A stretch of 64,000 bases of DNA from Felis catus (GCF_018350175.1 NC_058376.1:157480001-157544000), one strand, 5' to 3'; positions 42,038 through 55,385 are shown, counted from the first letter of the stretch. Numbers and translations: made by a program. The notes: generated by a model from the letters alone, not told the origin.

Positions 42038-42242
42038 GGGGCGCTTGGGTCGCTCAGTCGGTTAAGTCTAACTCTTGGTTTCAGCTCAGGTCATGATCTC
42101 ACAGTTCATGAGTTCAAGCCCCGCGTCAGGCTGTGTGCTGACAGTGCAGAGTCTGCTTGGGATATTCTCTCTCTCCCCCTCTTTGCCCCTCCCCCACTCA
42201 CTCTCCCTTGCAAAGTAGATAAATATTAAAAAAAAAAAAAAA
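42038..42242 (+). mobile_element. Can-SINE
   Basis: Head and A tail. Confidence 0.93.
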
Positions 42243-42329
42243 CCTATTTGGAGATGACTAGGGCTCCAACCCATTATTTTGAAAATTGCTAACTGGAAAA
42301 ACAAAGCATTTATCCTGAGCATTTTGTGG

Positions 42330-43160
42330 ATCCACTTGACCTGATAAGGGAAAGTTCTTCACGTGAGAGTCATAGCTAGATGTCAGAGAAATGATAGGAT
42401 TAAGAAAGCACCATTTTGTCACTTCTAGTGAAATAATGGACCTAGACTGCTGAAAGGTGAAAGGTTGACAGGAAACGTTTTGTTGAATGGCTCGGGTTGA
42501 TAAATGTGAACCCAGTGATCGATCTTAGTGTTACTAAAAAAGGAACAGCCAGAGGTTGATGCCTCCAGTGCGTTGCAATAGCAAGGACCCAACACCGGCG
42601 GTGTTGAATTATCGGCCAAAACAAAACTTGAATGCAATCAAGCCTCCACGTCGGAAGATCAGTTCGTAAAGGTGTGGGATATTGAAGAACATGGTCAACA
42701 CACGAAATCCAGGATGTGGGAAATTCCACAGGACAGATTACCCAGTTTCTTCAACAAATTGCAGGTGTAAAATAAAGACAATGGATGGTTGGACTTAAAG
42801 ACTAGGAAACATAACTTGTTTGCATCCTGATTTGAACAAAACCATCTTAGACTTTCTTTGAGACAGAAAAATTTAAGATGGCTTGGATATCAGATGATAT
42901 TAAATAATTATTAATTATGGTGGGTAAAATGATATAGTGACTACATTTGTTTTTTTTTGAAAGCCCTTATCTATTAGACACATACACTGGAGTCTTTGTG
43001 GTCGAATTTATGACTGAAAATACTTAGGAAAAAGAGGGCAGGAAATAAAATGAGCAGAATGTTATGTTGAAGCTGAGTGACAGATACAGAGGGGCTTATA
43101 TCGGGGGTTATTATTCTGTTCTACTCTGATGCATGCTTAAGAATTTCCGTAACAGGAATT
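42330..43160 (+). mobile_element. Ancient L1 3' UTR (L1MC4-like)
   Basis: aaatccaggatgtgggaaattccacaggac; gatatcagatgatattaaataattatt; gttgaagctgagtgacagatacagagggg. Confidence 0.65.
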
Positions 43161-43209
43161 TAAGGATGGACGAGAACGGGGAGAGATGGAGACTGCCAGT
43201 ATAGACAAC

Positions 43210-43240
<31 letters not shown>

Positions 43241-43479
43241 GTAAAGAGCAGACAAGTGTTAATAGTAGAGGGGGAACCTGATGAATGACCCAGCGGAGAG
43301 GGGTGGGGGGGAAATGGTGTTGCAGGAGAGAACGGTGGGGGTGATGCACTAGCAAGGCTGAGGGCAAATAGGAATTCCCACATACTTCCGGTAGGACTGT
43401 AAATAGCTATTACCCTCGGCAGGTAATTTATATGGTAAAATTATAAATGTCACCTGATGCAGCAATTTTGTTTCCAGTT

Positions 43480-43830
43480 CTCAGTCTCACAAATACATCA
43501 GCACCCATGTGCAAAAAACATCTACAAGATGTTTATTGCAACATTGTAACATTAGAAGTCTGGAACCCAATATATGCCTAAATTCTAGTACATTCATACT
43601 CTGGAATATTATGCAGCCTTAAAAATGAGGTAGGTCTCAATATATAAGTGTATCAAATCATCCCATTGTGTACTTTAAACTTACGTCATATGCCAGTAAC
43701 ATCTCAATGAAGCTGAAAAAATATGAGGTAGATCTATAATGTAGATCTCTAAGTGAAAATATGGAAAATTTTCAAAATATCTTTAATGAAAATAATGAAA
43801 AAGAATTCAGAATTGTGTGTGTATAATATA
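43480..43830 (+). mobile_element. Old L1 remnant with a nested ~80-bp younger L1 3' tip
   Basis: Insert tgtatcaaatcatcccattgtgtactttaaacttac..atctcaatgaagctgaaaaaa flanked by atgaggtaggtct (43625) / atgaggtagatct (43723). Confidence 0.6.
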
Positions 43831-45639
43831 CATATATATCACACACACACATATATGCACACATATATAAATACATATAGAAGAGTGTGTGTCTCAGAAG
43901 TTACATAAGGATATACTTTCATGCTGATATAAATAGACATTTTTGGGAGGATAAACATGTACATGAGTTTGTTAATAGCAGTTAGCTTTGAACAAGGGCA
44001 AGCCTGTTTTATATGTTCTTGTAAATTTCGGAACCTTGTGTATTCATTGTTTTGGTAAAAATACATAAATAGGAAAGAAAAACCCAACACCTTGGCTAAT
44101 GCTAACTAGGTAAGAAAGTAACTTAACCAGTTGTGGTGTTATCTGTGTGGATGTGCAGACCCAGACTGGGGGAAGAGGGGCAGGCGTTCAGAGTTGGTAA
44201 GGCTCTAAGCCTCAGTGATTTAATTAAAACTGAGCTCTAAAGTCACAATTTGTCTGTCTCTGTTCTAAAACAGAAACACGGTCCCGACGGGAAACCGCCC
44301 TCTTCATTTGTTTTAATTTTGCATACACCTGTAGCAAGGGGCATCTGAATTAGGATATATATAGTTCTCTATACTTCTAAGTCTACTATATATAATATAT
44401 ATAAGTCTACTAAGATAAGATCTATCTAAGTCTACTATATATAATAATAGATATTATAATAGACATATATATGTATATATCTTGATGTCTCTACCTTTTT
44501 CTCTCTCTCTCCCCATCTCATATGCACCACCATATCTCTCCTGCTATTTTAATGTTAAATTAGAACTGATTAAAATGTATTTGTCTGTTTTCCGGCTGTA
44601 GCCTGGCTTTGGGATCACTTAATTAGATCAGCTCCCAGATTTAAGATTGGAGAACATTCTTAGCAAGTAGTTTTCCAAATGAATGGGTGAGGAATTCTAG
44701 TCCACCGTATGTTTTAATCCTTCAAAAAATTCTACATATTCAAGGCTTACCAGGTTTCCATGAAGAGCCCACTAACTGAAAATTTGGAATAGCCCATGCC
44801 TCCTTTTTCTTTAGTAACCATTGCATTCATCCTGAGAGAGGGGTCGCTTGGCTGACAGACGTGAGGGCTGGGAGTTCCAAGGCAGTTTCGCCACATTGCA
44901 GGACACTGGACACTCGTGGAGACAGGGCCCCCTTTGCTCCTTGGTGAAATCAGACACGTCGGTCACAATGACCAGGGTGGGGAGATTAACTGCGTGAGAG
45001 ACATCGCTGCTATGTCCGTCGTGTCGTGTTGATTGCAAGTTGCTTCCTTGTTTTGTTTTCTGTGAGTGTTTTTATAATTGGAACATAACAGCCACGGAAA
45101 CAACTAAATGGGGCGACCAGGATGCCAGACACGAATGACCGGTATCTCACCTTCCTGAGCCAAGCAGCTTGCTAGATGCCTGCTGGCCTGCGAGAACCCC
45201 AGCAGGTCTTTAACACCTATCTGCTCAAGACTTGCGAAGGCTGCTTTCCGCGAAGTGGGAGAAGCACCAGGGTACGGGGGGGGGGGGGGGGGGGGGGTCT
45301 GGGGAGTCCAAGATGGCAGCGGGGAAGGCCTCATGCGGACGGACGGCTGTCCCGTCTCTGCGTGGCGCCCTTCCATATCAAGGAGGTTTCCGTGATGCTC
45401 TTCGGGGAGAAGCATCTCCTCCGTGCTTCCGAATGACCTCTCAGCTTCGTGTGGCCGGCAGCGAGCATTCAGGCAGCTGACACATCTTCTTGGCAGATGA
45501 CAGACCTCCTTGGCCACGACAGACGCCGCACCCTCAAGCGCAGCCTGTTTTGGCAAAAGCTAAGCATGAGATGTGGACCGTGCCAGCGCTCAGAGCCGCG
45601 AAGCGCAAACTCTCGTGTGTCTGAGTCAGCGAGGCTGCT

Positions 45640-45745
45640 GGTTACAAGCGCACAGTCGAGGCACTGTACCCAAGAGATTCTGATTCTGCAGATCTGTGGG
45701 TAGGGACTGGGAATCCACATTTTCAACGGGCGCCCCCCCCCCCCG
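45640..45745. mobile_element. MER5-like hAT MITE fragment
   Basis: cccaagagattctgattctgcagatctgtgggtagggactgggaatccacattttcaac. Confidence 0.55.
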
Positions 45746-45990
45746 CCCCCAATGCCTCAATACGTCGGAGTGGGCAGTGTCGATTCTGTGGTTCATCAGT
45801 CGGTCGGGTTGGACTCGACCTGCAGACGCGTTTCTCGGCGGCCGCTGAGGTCTCATCGGCTGTGGTCTGCCCTGCACATAGCCAGAAACGGGCAGAGGTC
45901 ACAGTCAGACGTGGGGCTCCGGTCTGTGGCTTTGCAGGACTCCCCTCTCATTTTGCAGTGGCCGTGCTTGCCCTGAACTCTGTCTTCTGC

Positions 45991-46222
45991 TTTTTTTTTT
46001 TTTTTTAATTTTTTTTTTTCAACGTTTATTTATTTTTGGGACAGCAAGAGACAGAGCATGAACGGGGAAGGGGCAGAGAGAGAGGGAGACACAGAATCGG
46101 AAACAGGCTCCAGGCTCTGAGCCATCAGCCCAGAGCCTGACGCGGGGCTCGAACTCACGGACCGCGAGATCGTGACCTGGCTGAAGTCGGACGCTTAACC
46201 GACTGCGCCACCCAGGCGCCCC
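45991..46222 (-). mobile_element. Young felid Can-SINE
   Basis: Perfect TSD tgtcttctgctt; near-identical to copies at 28712 and 60834. Confidence 0.97.
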
Positions 46223-47766
46223 TGTCTTCTGCTTCTTAAAACCCAGAGACTCCCGGGTTTCCACCGGAGTTCTGGGCCTCTCCCCACCTTGTGGCTTCTC
46301 TCAGGCTAAGAACTGGGACTTAGCTGTTCGCTCCCAGACTTCGGGAATCACTGTCCCCTAGTGTTCTTTCCATACGAGCTTGAGACTTGGCTAGGTGGAG
46401 GCGGGCTTTGCTGTAACACACGCTTGCGTGTTATTTCTGTACCTACTTTACTCACCCTCAGACTGTTGTGGCCACATCTAGCGATCTGTGGATGTTTCGG
46501 TTTACCGGAAAAATGTAAATAAGAATTAGCCCAGGCAGGAAAAGCAGTGTGGGTATTTGCGCTGCTTTTAGAGAATGAGGCCCCACACTTAGCTGAGATG
46601 AAAACCAAATATAGTTTGCAGTCAATATCCCGTCTGGAAACCACCATTTCTGTCTCCTCTCTCTAAGGCTGCCTTTTTTCTTTTTTTTTTTTTTTTAAGC
46701 CCGTCTATCTTTAGCTTTCAGTGGCCTCACAGGCCTTGCTCTCCCTGCCCACCGAGGGCTCCAGAAACTTGCAACATTTCACTGGTACACTGTTCCGGAG
46801 GCCTCTGCCCTTTCTGGAATTTACTTCTCCTATTTATGGTTGGAGCCAGGCTGGTTCGTTGTCATCCAGGAGCCTTAGTGCTGCAAATTTTTACCAAGCC
46901 AACAGAAGCAAAACGGTTGAATTCTTGAGGAATGCCAAATTCGACTTCGGTTGGTGAAGAGGTGCAATATTCTGCCTTACTCGGAACCCCATGGCGTCAA
47001 CTGTAGTGGAAGATTAGTGAAGTCTTATTAGCCTGGAAGCCGGCAACAGTCTCGAGGGGTGAACGCTTTCAAACTTCCTCACTGCTGACGGAGACTATTC
47101 CCAGTCCCCTAAAACTAACCCCCCCAAACCCTAAAGGGTGATGCTCCTGACACATTCCCTCCGCATCTCCGCCGTCCAATGCCGATCACAAAGGAATTTG
47201 AAAATAATGATCTGATCTAAGAAGGGGTTTGTTTACTCTGCTGACTCGGAGGAGGGAGGATCTGGAATTCTGGTAATCACAGTCCTGTGACCTGTGAATT
47301 GGGGCTCTGACACGTACCTCATCATTAATCTTTGGCCTGGGGGGACAGGAGCTGGTTGTTAGGTCAGAGGTCGCACACATACCTCTCCTCCAACTACCGG
47401 AGACACCGCTGAGAGCCCAGAAGAGGAATAAGGCCTGAGCGCTGAAAACAGCCACCACTGAGCCTTGAACATAAGACCCCGGATGCAGGAAGACGCAGAG
47501 ACCCTCCCTCAACACTTAAGTAGCTGGCGTTCTCACCACAGATCGAAACTGCTCTTTTCAATCTGCTGGGAGGCTTGTAAGGCAAGGGTTTCCTGGCTCC
47601 TGAGGGACTGGGCAGCAAGGAATAAGCCGGTGCCTGTTCCACCCTCGCTACCGGTTCCGTGGACCTCATGATCGCGTGGGTTCCATCCTAAGGCCAATGT
47701 GCAGCTGCGGAAGTGTATATGAGGAAGGTGGGGGGTGGGACAAGGTACATATAACAGGTATCTCCA

Positions 47767-47998
47767 GGGGTGCCTGGGTGGCTCAGTCGGTTGAGCGTCC
47801 GACTTCGGCTCAGGCCATGATCTCACGGTCCGGGAACTCGAGCCCCAAGTCGGGCTCTGTGCTGACAGCTTGGAGCCTGGAGCCTGCTTCAGATTCTGTG
47901 TCTCCCTCTCTCACTCTCTCTGCCCCTCCCCTGCTCATGCTTTATTCCTCTCTGTCTCAAAAGTAAATAAAACCATTTTAAAAAATTTAAAAAAAAAA
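47767..47998 (+). mobile_element. Can-SINE
   Basis: Head, (CT)n, A tail. Confidence 0.95.
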
Positions 47999-48139
47999 GA
48001 GCAAAATAACGATGCTCTTGAACTTGCAAAATCCCAGCTGAGGCTGGATGTACAATTTGTGGGGCGTGGTGCAAAATGAAACTGTGGAGCCCCTCGTTAA
48101 AAACTGTATTAGGAATTCTAGTGTGGCAACAATGGCAGA

Positions 48140-48415
48140 AGAGCCATTGTGATGCGATGAGGGAAAGGCTGCCAGCCACTGCTGGCTCTGAAGGGACAAA
48201 GGGGGCCCGAGTCAAGGAACGCAGGCAGCTTCCAGAAGCCGGAATGGCAAAGAAGTGCATTGTCTCCCAGAGCAGCCTGAGGTAACACACCTTGATTTTA
48301 GCCCAGCGAGAGCCATTTGGACGTTGGGCCCCCGGAACTGTAAGATAATAAATCTGGGCTCTTTTAAACCACCGACTTGGCGGTAACGGGTTACAGCAGC
48401 AGTGGGAAGTTATTT
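48140..48415 (+). mobile_element. MLT1D-like LTR 3' part
   Basis: caccttgattttagcccagcgaga..gaactgtaagataataaat..gttacagcagcagtgggaa. Confidence 0.75.
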
Positions 48416-49214
48416 TGCCCTCAGTGACAGAGACAGACTCTCAACTAATACAAAATCAAAGCTGAGATAAAGCAAATACTCCAAAACGCTGGGGTGGAAA
48501 TTCAGTTGTCTGCAATCGACACGAGAACAACGACATCAAACGAGTTGTGAAGCTCTCTTCACTCGAACGTACGTGTTCTACACGTTATGTGTGCCAGCCA
48601 GGGAGCTAACTAAGTGAACAGGACAGAGGAGCCTCTGGTCTTGAACGTGTCCCGGGCACTTAAGGCTGGGGAGAGGAGCGGTTTAAAAGGCATTCGTTTA
48701 GATCCACGCAAATAATTACAGCTCCTAGGAGCACTGGGATGCACACACTGGGCGCTGACGTTGAGACTCTGTGGCTGGTGGCCGGGGACACGTCGAAGAG
48801 TGGATCTTCAGCCGGGGGACAGGCTGCAGGATGCGGCCTCCCTTCTCAGAAAAGGGTGAGGTGACCTCGGCAGGTGCCGCTCGGAGCTTCTGCTCTGGGG
48901 AAAGATGGACTGACGGCCCCAGAAGCGGCCCCTCCAGACCCGCCTGTGTGTTCCCCTCGAGGCCACACTTATCCCAGCCAGCCCCAGCCAGTGACCGAGC
49001 GTGGTGGGGGGCTCAGCAGCCAGGCGTCCCTGCCTGACGTGGGGCTCGCCCAGCGGGCACTCCCCGGCCACTGCCAGAAGCCTTCCTGGAGCCTCACCGT
49101 GGTCTGTGACCTTCATGTCTCGTTTCCTTCTTCTGTCTTCCCTTTCACACGGGTCAGCCCGCCCTGCCTCCTCCAGCTCCCTCTCTTCTGAAGGCGTTTT
49201 CTTCTGCAAAGGCC

Positions 49215-49793
49215 TTGAGCACCTGCTGTGTGACAAATTACCGCAAAATTAGCGGCTTAAAGCAAAACATATTTATTACCTCACAGCTTGTGGATGAGGA
49301 ACCTGGGTGAGGAACCTGCGCCTCAGGACCTTTCCCAAGGCTGCAATTATGATGGTGCCCAGGGTGGGGCTTTCATCTGAAGGCTTGAGTGGGGAAGGAC
49401 TTTTCCAGGCGCACGTGGTTACCAGGGCAGGGGGGGGTGGGTAGGGGGGGGATTCAGTTCCACTCAGCCTGATAGGTGCAGGGCTTCCGTTCCCGCCTGG
49501 TTGTCAGCTGAGGCCACCCTCAGTCCTTTGCCACGTGAACCTCCCCAGTGTGGTCACTGCACTCACCAAAGCTTGTAAGCTAAGAAGGCAATGGAATGGG
49601 CCGCCAAGACAGAAGTTACAATCTTAGGTGCTGTAATCACAGAAGTAACACCTTCTCAGCTTTGCCAGGCTCTGTTGGTTAGGAGAAGTCACGTGACTCC
49701 CCCACACTCCAGGGAGGGAGGGGCTCACACAGAGGCACGAACACCGGGTAGCAGAGGCTGCTGGGACGGCTTTCAGCCTGCTTGCCACCGTAT
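49215..49793 (-). mobile_element. MLT1F-like MaLR solo LTR
   Basis: tgtgtgacaaattaccgcaaaattagcggcttaaagcaaaacatatttatt start; gcctgcttgccacc end. Confidence 0.75.
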
Positions 49794-52700
49794 GCATTCT
49801 CAGTAGGGTCTGCCAGCTGCCGGAGACCCGGTGGTGCCCTCGGTCTCCAGAAAGCCCTGCCTGGTCTCCCTGAAGTCGACAGAGCAAACGTCTTGCCCAT
49901 AAACATCACGCGTGGGTTCAAAGGCAATCATGTAGTCACCATCTGTCGAATGAACATATCAATGTGTTGCAAATGAAGGCGGCTTTGAGAAAACAGAGTC
50001 TGGCACTGCTAATAGGTTGTTTTAGATTTGCATCATAAAACCGATTTGTCAGTTTTGTGTATTAAAAGGTCAGAATTTCAAGCCATGCAATATACAAAAA
50101 AAAAAAAAAAGAGCTTAAACATTCAAGAACAAAATTTTCCACAGTACACCCTTGTGTTTGCCTTTCACATCTGGACCATTGTCCTAGTCTTGCCCTTCTC
50201 GGCCATTTACATCGGAATCACGTTTCTCTCGAAGAAACTGGAACAAATACAGCATTTCCTTTTAAATGTCCTTTTCTCAGAGAGAAAAAACATATTTTTG
50301 GATACATAGATACTTTTCCACAAGAATAGTGCCATAACATTTTAAAAGACTGTGTGCAAAGCGCACTGACTGTGTTAGGTGAACCCCCCATCGGTGCCTG
50401 TCAGATGACATTCGTTGAGAAGTGATTCTCTAACACCGCCACCGGTTTTTTCCTGGCACAAGAATCAGGCCGGTGCTCACCCTGCAAAGCCATGTCGGAA
50501 AGTCAGGAAGCCCGGACTCTTGTCCCAGCTCTAGCACCGATGAGCTCCCCGTCTGTACTACGGTTTTGTTGTTTGTGGGAGGAGAGGTTCAGATGAAGAA
50601 TCTCCCTGAGCCTTTCAGGGATCTGTCAGTCCACAGTGAGCTCTCAGGGGTGAACATGGTTAGGTGCTGTGGTTCTCCAGCCGGATCCCCTTTACTGGGC
50701 TTGTGCCAAAGGAGCCATAGACAATGTGTAGAGGAACGGGTGTGGCTGGGAGCCAATACAGCTTTCCAAAACCAGCCACCCAGTCTGTGGGCCAAAGTTT
50801 GCCCACTCCTGTGGACTTGTGCAGTGCACAGACTGCACCATCATACATGACAGTCCCGAGGGTAAGATGAAAAGAAAACAAGCTTACAATCTAGACGGTG
50901 CTGCTACCCTGGGAATGGCTAAGTATTGGGGCCCGGACAGCAGCACCCTGGTCCTTGGTGGGGTGGGAGTGACGGAATGTGGAAGGACCTTGGAGAAGAA
51001 AGCGCGATGGCCACCTAACCCACCAAAGGTTTATGCCCTCCAGGAAAATCAGGCTCTCCGCAGTTGACAAGAGGGTGTAGGATGACGTGAGGCCCTGTTT
51101 CCCAGGGTGTGACGAAAGCAGGTGGACCTGGTGACCTGCTCTCATGGAGTCTGGCCACCCTGCTTCGTAGGTGCAGCTCTGCTCCTCCGTGGAAGCGGGG
51201 TGCGGCCGGGTCAGCATTACAGAAGGAAACCCTCGCGTGGCAGCACCACACGTGTGGGAATGGACTAGAAAGGTCTTAGTCCTCACTTCCCTGGAACTCC
51301 ATTCCTGGGCTCCCGGGGCTGTGGGCCAGTGCAAAGCTGGCTAAACCTTCGGCTGTTCCCAGCAGCAGCTACTCCAGCAGCTCAAGAACAGGACAAAATG
51401 CGGGAGACAGATCGAAGAAGGAGCTGCTTTGAGCGGGTCGGGCCGGGATTGGATAAGGCGGTGGAAAACGCATTTGTCTGACAAGCTCCAGGCTGCTGGC
51501 AAAGCCCATCATGAGGCGTTCTGCCCAGCACGTGCTGGGACACAGTGCCACGCTCAGGAGTCGGGGGCGAATGAGACGAGGCTGGAGAAATGGACGTGGG
51601 CCAGGGAGGGAGAGGTGGGGAGAGCAAGGAGGTCCTGCTGGGAGATGGGTAAGGCCATTGCTTCCTGGGAATCCGGTCTGCTCAGCAGGGCCATGAGCAT
51701 TACCTCCCAAGGGAGACTCACAGGCCTGGTTCCGGTGAGGACAGAGGCATCTCCCCGTGCTGCTTTTAAAATCCTGATCTCGGCTGTGGAGCGGGGGACC
51801 CATCACGTGGCCGTAACGTTCATACCGCTTGCCCAGAAATTAAACTCCAGCAAACTTCTCATCTCTTGCTTTGACTCAAGGCCCCGGGGGTGTCCCGCTC
51901 CGAAGCTGGCCGTGTACCCAGGAGCTGAAGGGGAATTACTCAGGAAAGTCTACGGATCGATCACCACCAGGAAGGGGGAACCAAAAATAGTTTTCTAAAA
52001 ATGATCTCCAGAGAAAGGAGCCCTCTCAGGGCTTCTGAGACCTGCACACGTGGGTGGTTTCATGGAGGCAGAGGAATGCCCTGCATTGAAGCTGGTCACA
52101 TGGCAGAGCAACCTTGGGTTAGGGTTAAAACTTCTGAGGCCCAGCCTACTGAGTCGGACTCTCGGCATGGAGGTCAGGGGTCTGTCTTTGCCGAGTTTCT
52201 TGAGTGCGTCGGACGTGCAGCCTGGTTTTTGGAATCCTGGCCTACGGACCTCTCGAGACTTCTGCTGGCCCTAGAACAGAGCTGAAGTGACTGCCCCCAA
52301 GCTGTGCCCATGCTGCCCCTGGCCTCTCTGCCCGACTCTGCTACGGTCTGGCAGACGGAGCCAGGAAGTTCAGGGCTAGGACGCGGTTCCTGCCGCCAAG
52401 AGCCCCCAGTACCATGTTTAATCATGGCACCAGCCGCGTGCCTTCTACCCCCACAGAAGGAACGGAGGGGAACCAGCCCTCGAATGGAGCAAACACGACA
52501 AGGCTGGGAAGGGACTGAGCTGTTCCACTGTGTTCTGTTGTCGTTGTGTTTGTTGGTTTACATGCCGATGAAAATCCAAAGGGGCCGTGTCGTACCGCTC
52601 TCAAAGGCAGTTGACACAAGGGGTCCTTCGTTTCTATGAGCACCTTCAAAATTCTACCAGCAAAGTCAGAAAGTGCACAAAGAGAAAGGAGAGGAAATTG

Positions 52701-52914
52701 GAAGAGGTGGAAAATGTGCTAAAAGATAAAGAGCACGCGGGTGATGAAGACGGTGTGCAAGGCAGAGTGACGGCAAAACCCACAGTCTGATGGTCACCAC
52801 GGAAGGCAAATACCCGACTGGACATACAAACTGGAAGCACATTTTGGGTTAGAATGAAAATGTGCAGGAATAGAGGATTAGATCCAGAAAATCACTCAGG
52901 CAGAGCACTTAAAA

Positions 52915-53030
52915 AAGGCATAGAACTATTCAGCATTTGCTAGACTTCTCCAGTGAAACCATCTGGGCCTGGAGGTGTCTTTTTGGGAGCTTGTTAATTA
53001 CAAACCCAACTTCTTTCACGGCCGAATGGT
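52915..53030 (-). mobile_element. L1 ORF2 fragment
   Basis: ccagtgaaaccatctgggcctgga..ttgttaattac is an antisense L1 motif. Confidence 0.6.
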
Positions 53031-53089
53031 CCTATAACCATTAGAGAAATTGAATTCAGAATTTAAAGGCTCCGGAAGAAATAAGCCTC

Positions 53090-53300
53090 TCCTGGTTTCA
53101 GCTGTGACGTGTAGAGAACAGAGCAGTCCTTACTCCCGCCCTTAAGAGAAAGCTGGAAAACCCAGAAGTCCAGGGTTTCTCTAGGACTCCTCACAGAACG
53201 GAGGCCGCAGGGCAAGCTGCCACTCTAGAGCCAAAGACTCACGGCCAGAGGTGGGTTTACGTGGAGCAGAAGCTAATGTAAACGGGGGCAAGAGGATTTT
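53090..53300 (+). mobile_element. Ancient L1M 5' end fragment
   Basis: ggtttcagctgtgacgtgtagag..gaggccgcagggcaagctgccac..ggagcagaagc. Confidence 0.5.
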
Positions 53301-53444
53301 CAAGGACAAAACAGACAAAGGGATGCTGTCCTTGGTAGATAAAGGACTTGTACCTGCGGGCAGGGGCTGGGCACAGATTCCAGAGAGAGCACGCGCCAGT
53401 TAGACATTAAAAAACGCTCCAGGCAGTTAAGAAAAAAATGTTCT

Positions 53445-53630
53445 GGGGCACCTGGGTGGCTCAGTCAATTAGGCGTCTGACTCTTGATTTCGGCTCAGGT
53501 CATTATCTCATGGTTCGTGAGATCGAGCCCCGCATTGGGCTCCACACTGACAGTGCAAAGCCTGCCTTGGATTCTCTCTCTCCCTCTCCCTCCCAATCTC
53601 AAAATAAATAAACTTTAAAAAAAAAAATGA
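53445..53630 (+). mobile_element. Can-SINE
   Basis: TSD aaaaaaatgttc. Confidence 0.93.
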
Positions 53631-55139
53631 AAAAAATGTTCAAATTAACTCATGATGCAAGAAAAGCACGTTATACCAAAGAGATAGGTTTCTGAAATTC
53701 TTGCTAAGCTGGCTGGCATGCACATATTCTCTGGTGGCCACATTACAGGGTCACATCCTTTCTAGAAGGCAATTTGGCAGCCGGTGTCAGGGACTTTACG
53801 CACTGGGTGCCCTTTTCCCTGGTAACTCCAATTCTAGAAAATGCCTGGAGGAGACAAACACACTTCAGGTCAAGATTCACACACAAAGATGTTTGCCTCA
53901 GCACATTCTAAATGCTGGTGAGAAGCGGGTGTGTAAACAATTTATGGAATATATACTATAATGAAGGTTGAGGATCCATTAAAATTCTGCTTAGAAAAAG
54001 TTCTTAAAAATTTGATGAAAATGCGTATGGTACAGCGTCAAGGGGAAAAAAGAATACAGATTCGTGGCAGTCAAAGGAAGTAAGATTGCTTAAAAGCAAT
54101 CAGAAGGAAATATATAAAATCTTAAAAGAGTTTATGTCTGGGCAGTAGCTGGTAGGGTGATTGGAAAATACAGATACATGTTTTACAAACGACGGGTTCA
54201 ATAATAAACATGCATTTTTATGTTGACTTCCAAAAATCTTTTTTGTTGAGCTTTAAAAACCTTTTTTGACTATAAAAGTAAATCAACTCAGTGAAAGTTA
54301 ATTAACTCGAACAATGTGTTGAAATAATTAAATTGATAAGAAAACTCATTGAATTTTTAAAAAGCACTAAAACTACTTACTGTAATTATATAAATTCTAT
54401 ATACACAGAAAATGATTTAATGATGGGAAGAAAAAGAGAAAGGGTGGGCAGTTAGCCCCTGTAGAAACCGGTATGTGTGTGATAGAGAATTTGCGGGATT
54501 CCTTTATGCATGTAGATCAGAGAGCAGGACTTTGTCCGTTCTTCTATTCTTTTAAAAAGCATTTTAAAGGCAGAAAAAATGACCAATTATAACTCTTAGA
54601 TTCAGCAAACGCTACTGTCTTTGCCATGTTCGGATTCCCTTCTTTTTAAGAACATAAACATCGTGGACAGGTTTGAATTCCCTCCTTCCACCCCCACCCC
54701 CTCCAGCTCATCTTCTCCACCCACCGCCTCCTGTCACACTCGCACCTCCTTTGTTGGTTCTCTGCTTTCCTACCGGGAGAAGCTGTCAGAGTTCTGGCTC
54801 TGAGCTCCATTCATTTGTGCGCCCAGTGCAGCAGGGGGTGCGGGGAGAGGGGTGTTCAGGGCGCCCACTCCCTCCCCCACGAGCCTGTCTGTGCAGCCTG
54901 GCCCGCCGCCTCCCTGTGACCATGTACATCAAAAGGCACCCCCACCCAGTCAGAGGCCCCGGGAGGCTCCCCCTGCCCCTCCCGTGACAAAGTGACCTGG
55001 AAAAGTCTTCTCCCACGGGACAGCCTCTTCCTGGGTACCAGAGGCATCTGGGCTGCACCCTGTGGCCATTTTAGGCTGGGGGGTAGCAACCCCCCCATCT
55101 CTCCCGACGCAGCAGCCCGTCTTCCTAGGCTTCCTTTTA

Positions 55140-55385
55140 ATTTTTTTTTTTTTTTTTACATTTTATTTATTTTTGAGAGAGAGAGAGAGAGAGTGTGTGT
55201 GCGCGCGCGCGCGCGCGCGCACAAGTGGGGGAGGGGCAGAGAGCGAGGGAGACACAGAATCCAAGCAGGCTCCAGGCTCCGAGCCATCAGCACAGAGCCC
55301 TGTGCAGGGCTCAAACTCACGAACCGAGAGACCATGACCTGAGCCGAAGTCAGTTGCCTAACTGACTGAGCCACCCAGGCACCCC
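55140..55385 (-). mobile_element. Can-SINE containing (GA)n(GT)4(GC)10
   Basis: Reverse head at 55385; T tail at 55141. Confidence 0.95.

Noticed and set aside
42455-42467. DR1/PPRE-like AGGTGA-A-AGGTTG (and GGGTCA-A-AGGTAC near 1189)
   Set aside because: Imperfect matches inside old repeats; expected by chance in 64 kb
43210-43236. T27 run as a tail-only retroinsertion
   Set aside because: No convincing TSD
46900-47760. Possible additional LTR remnants (also 50900-52000 and 61760-62000)
   Set aside because: Could not match a family with enough confidence; needs Dfam/RepeatMasker
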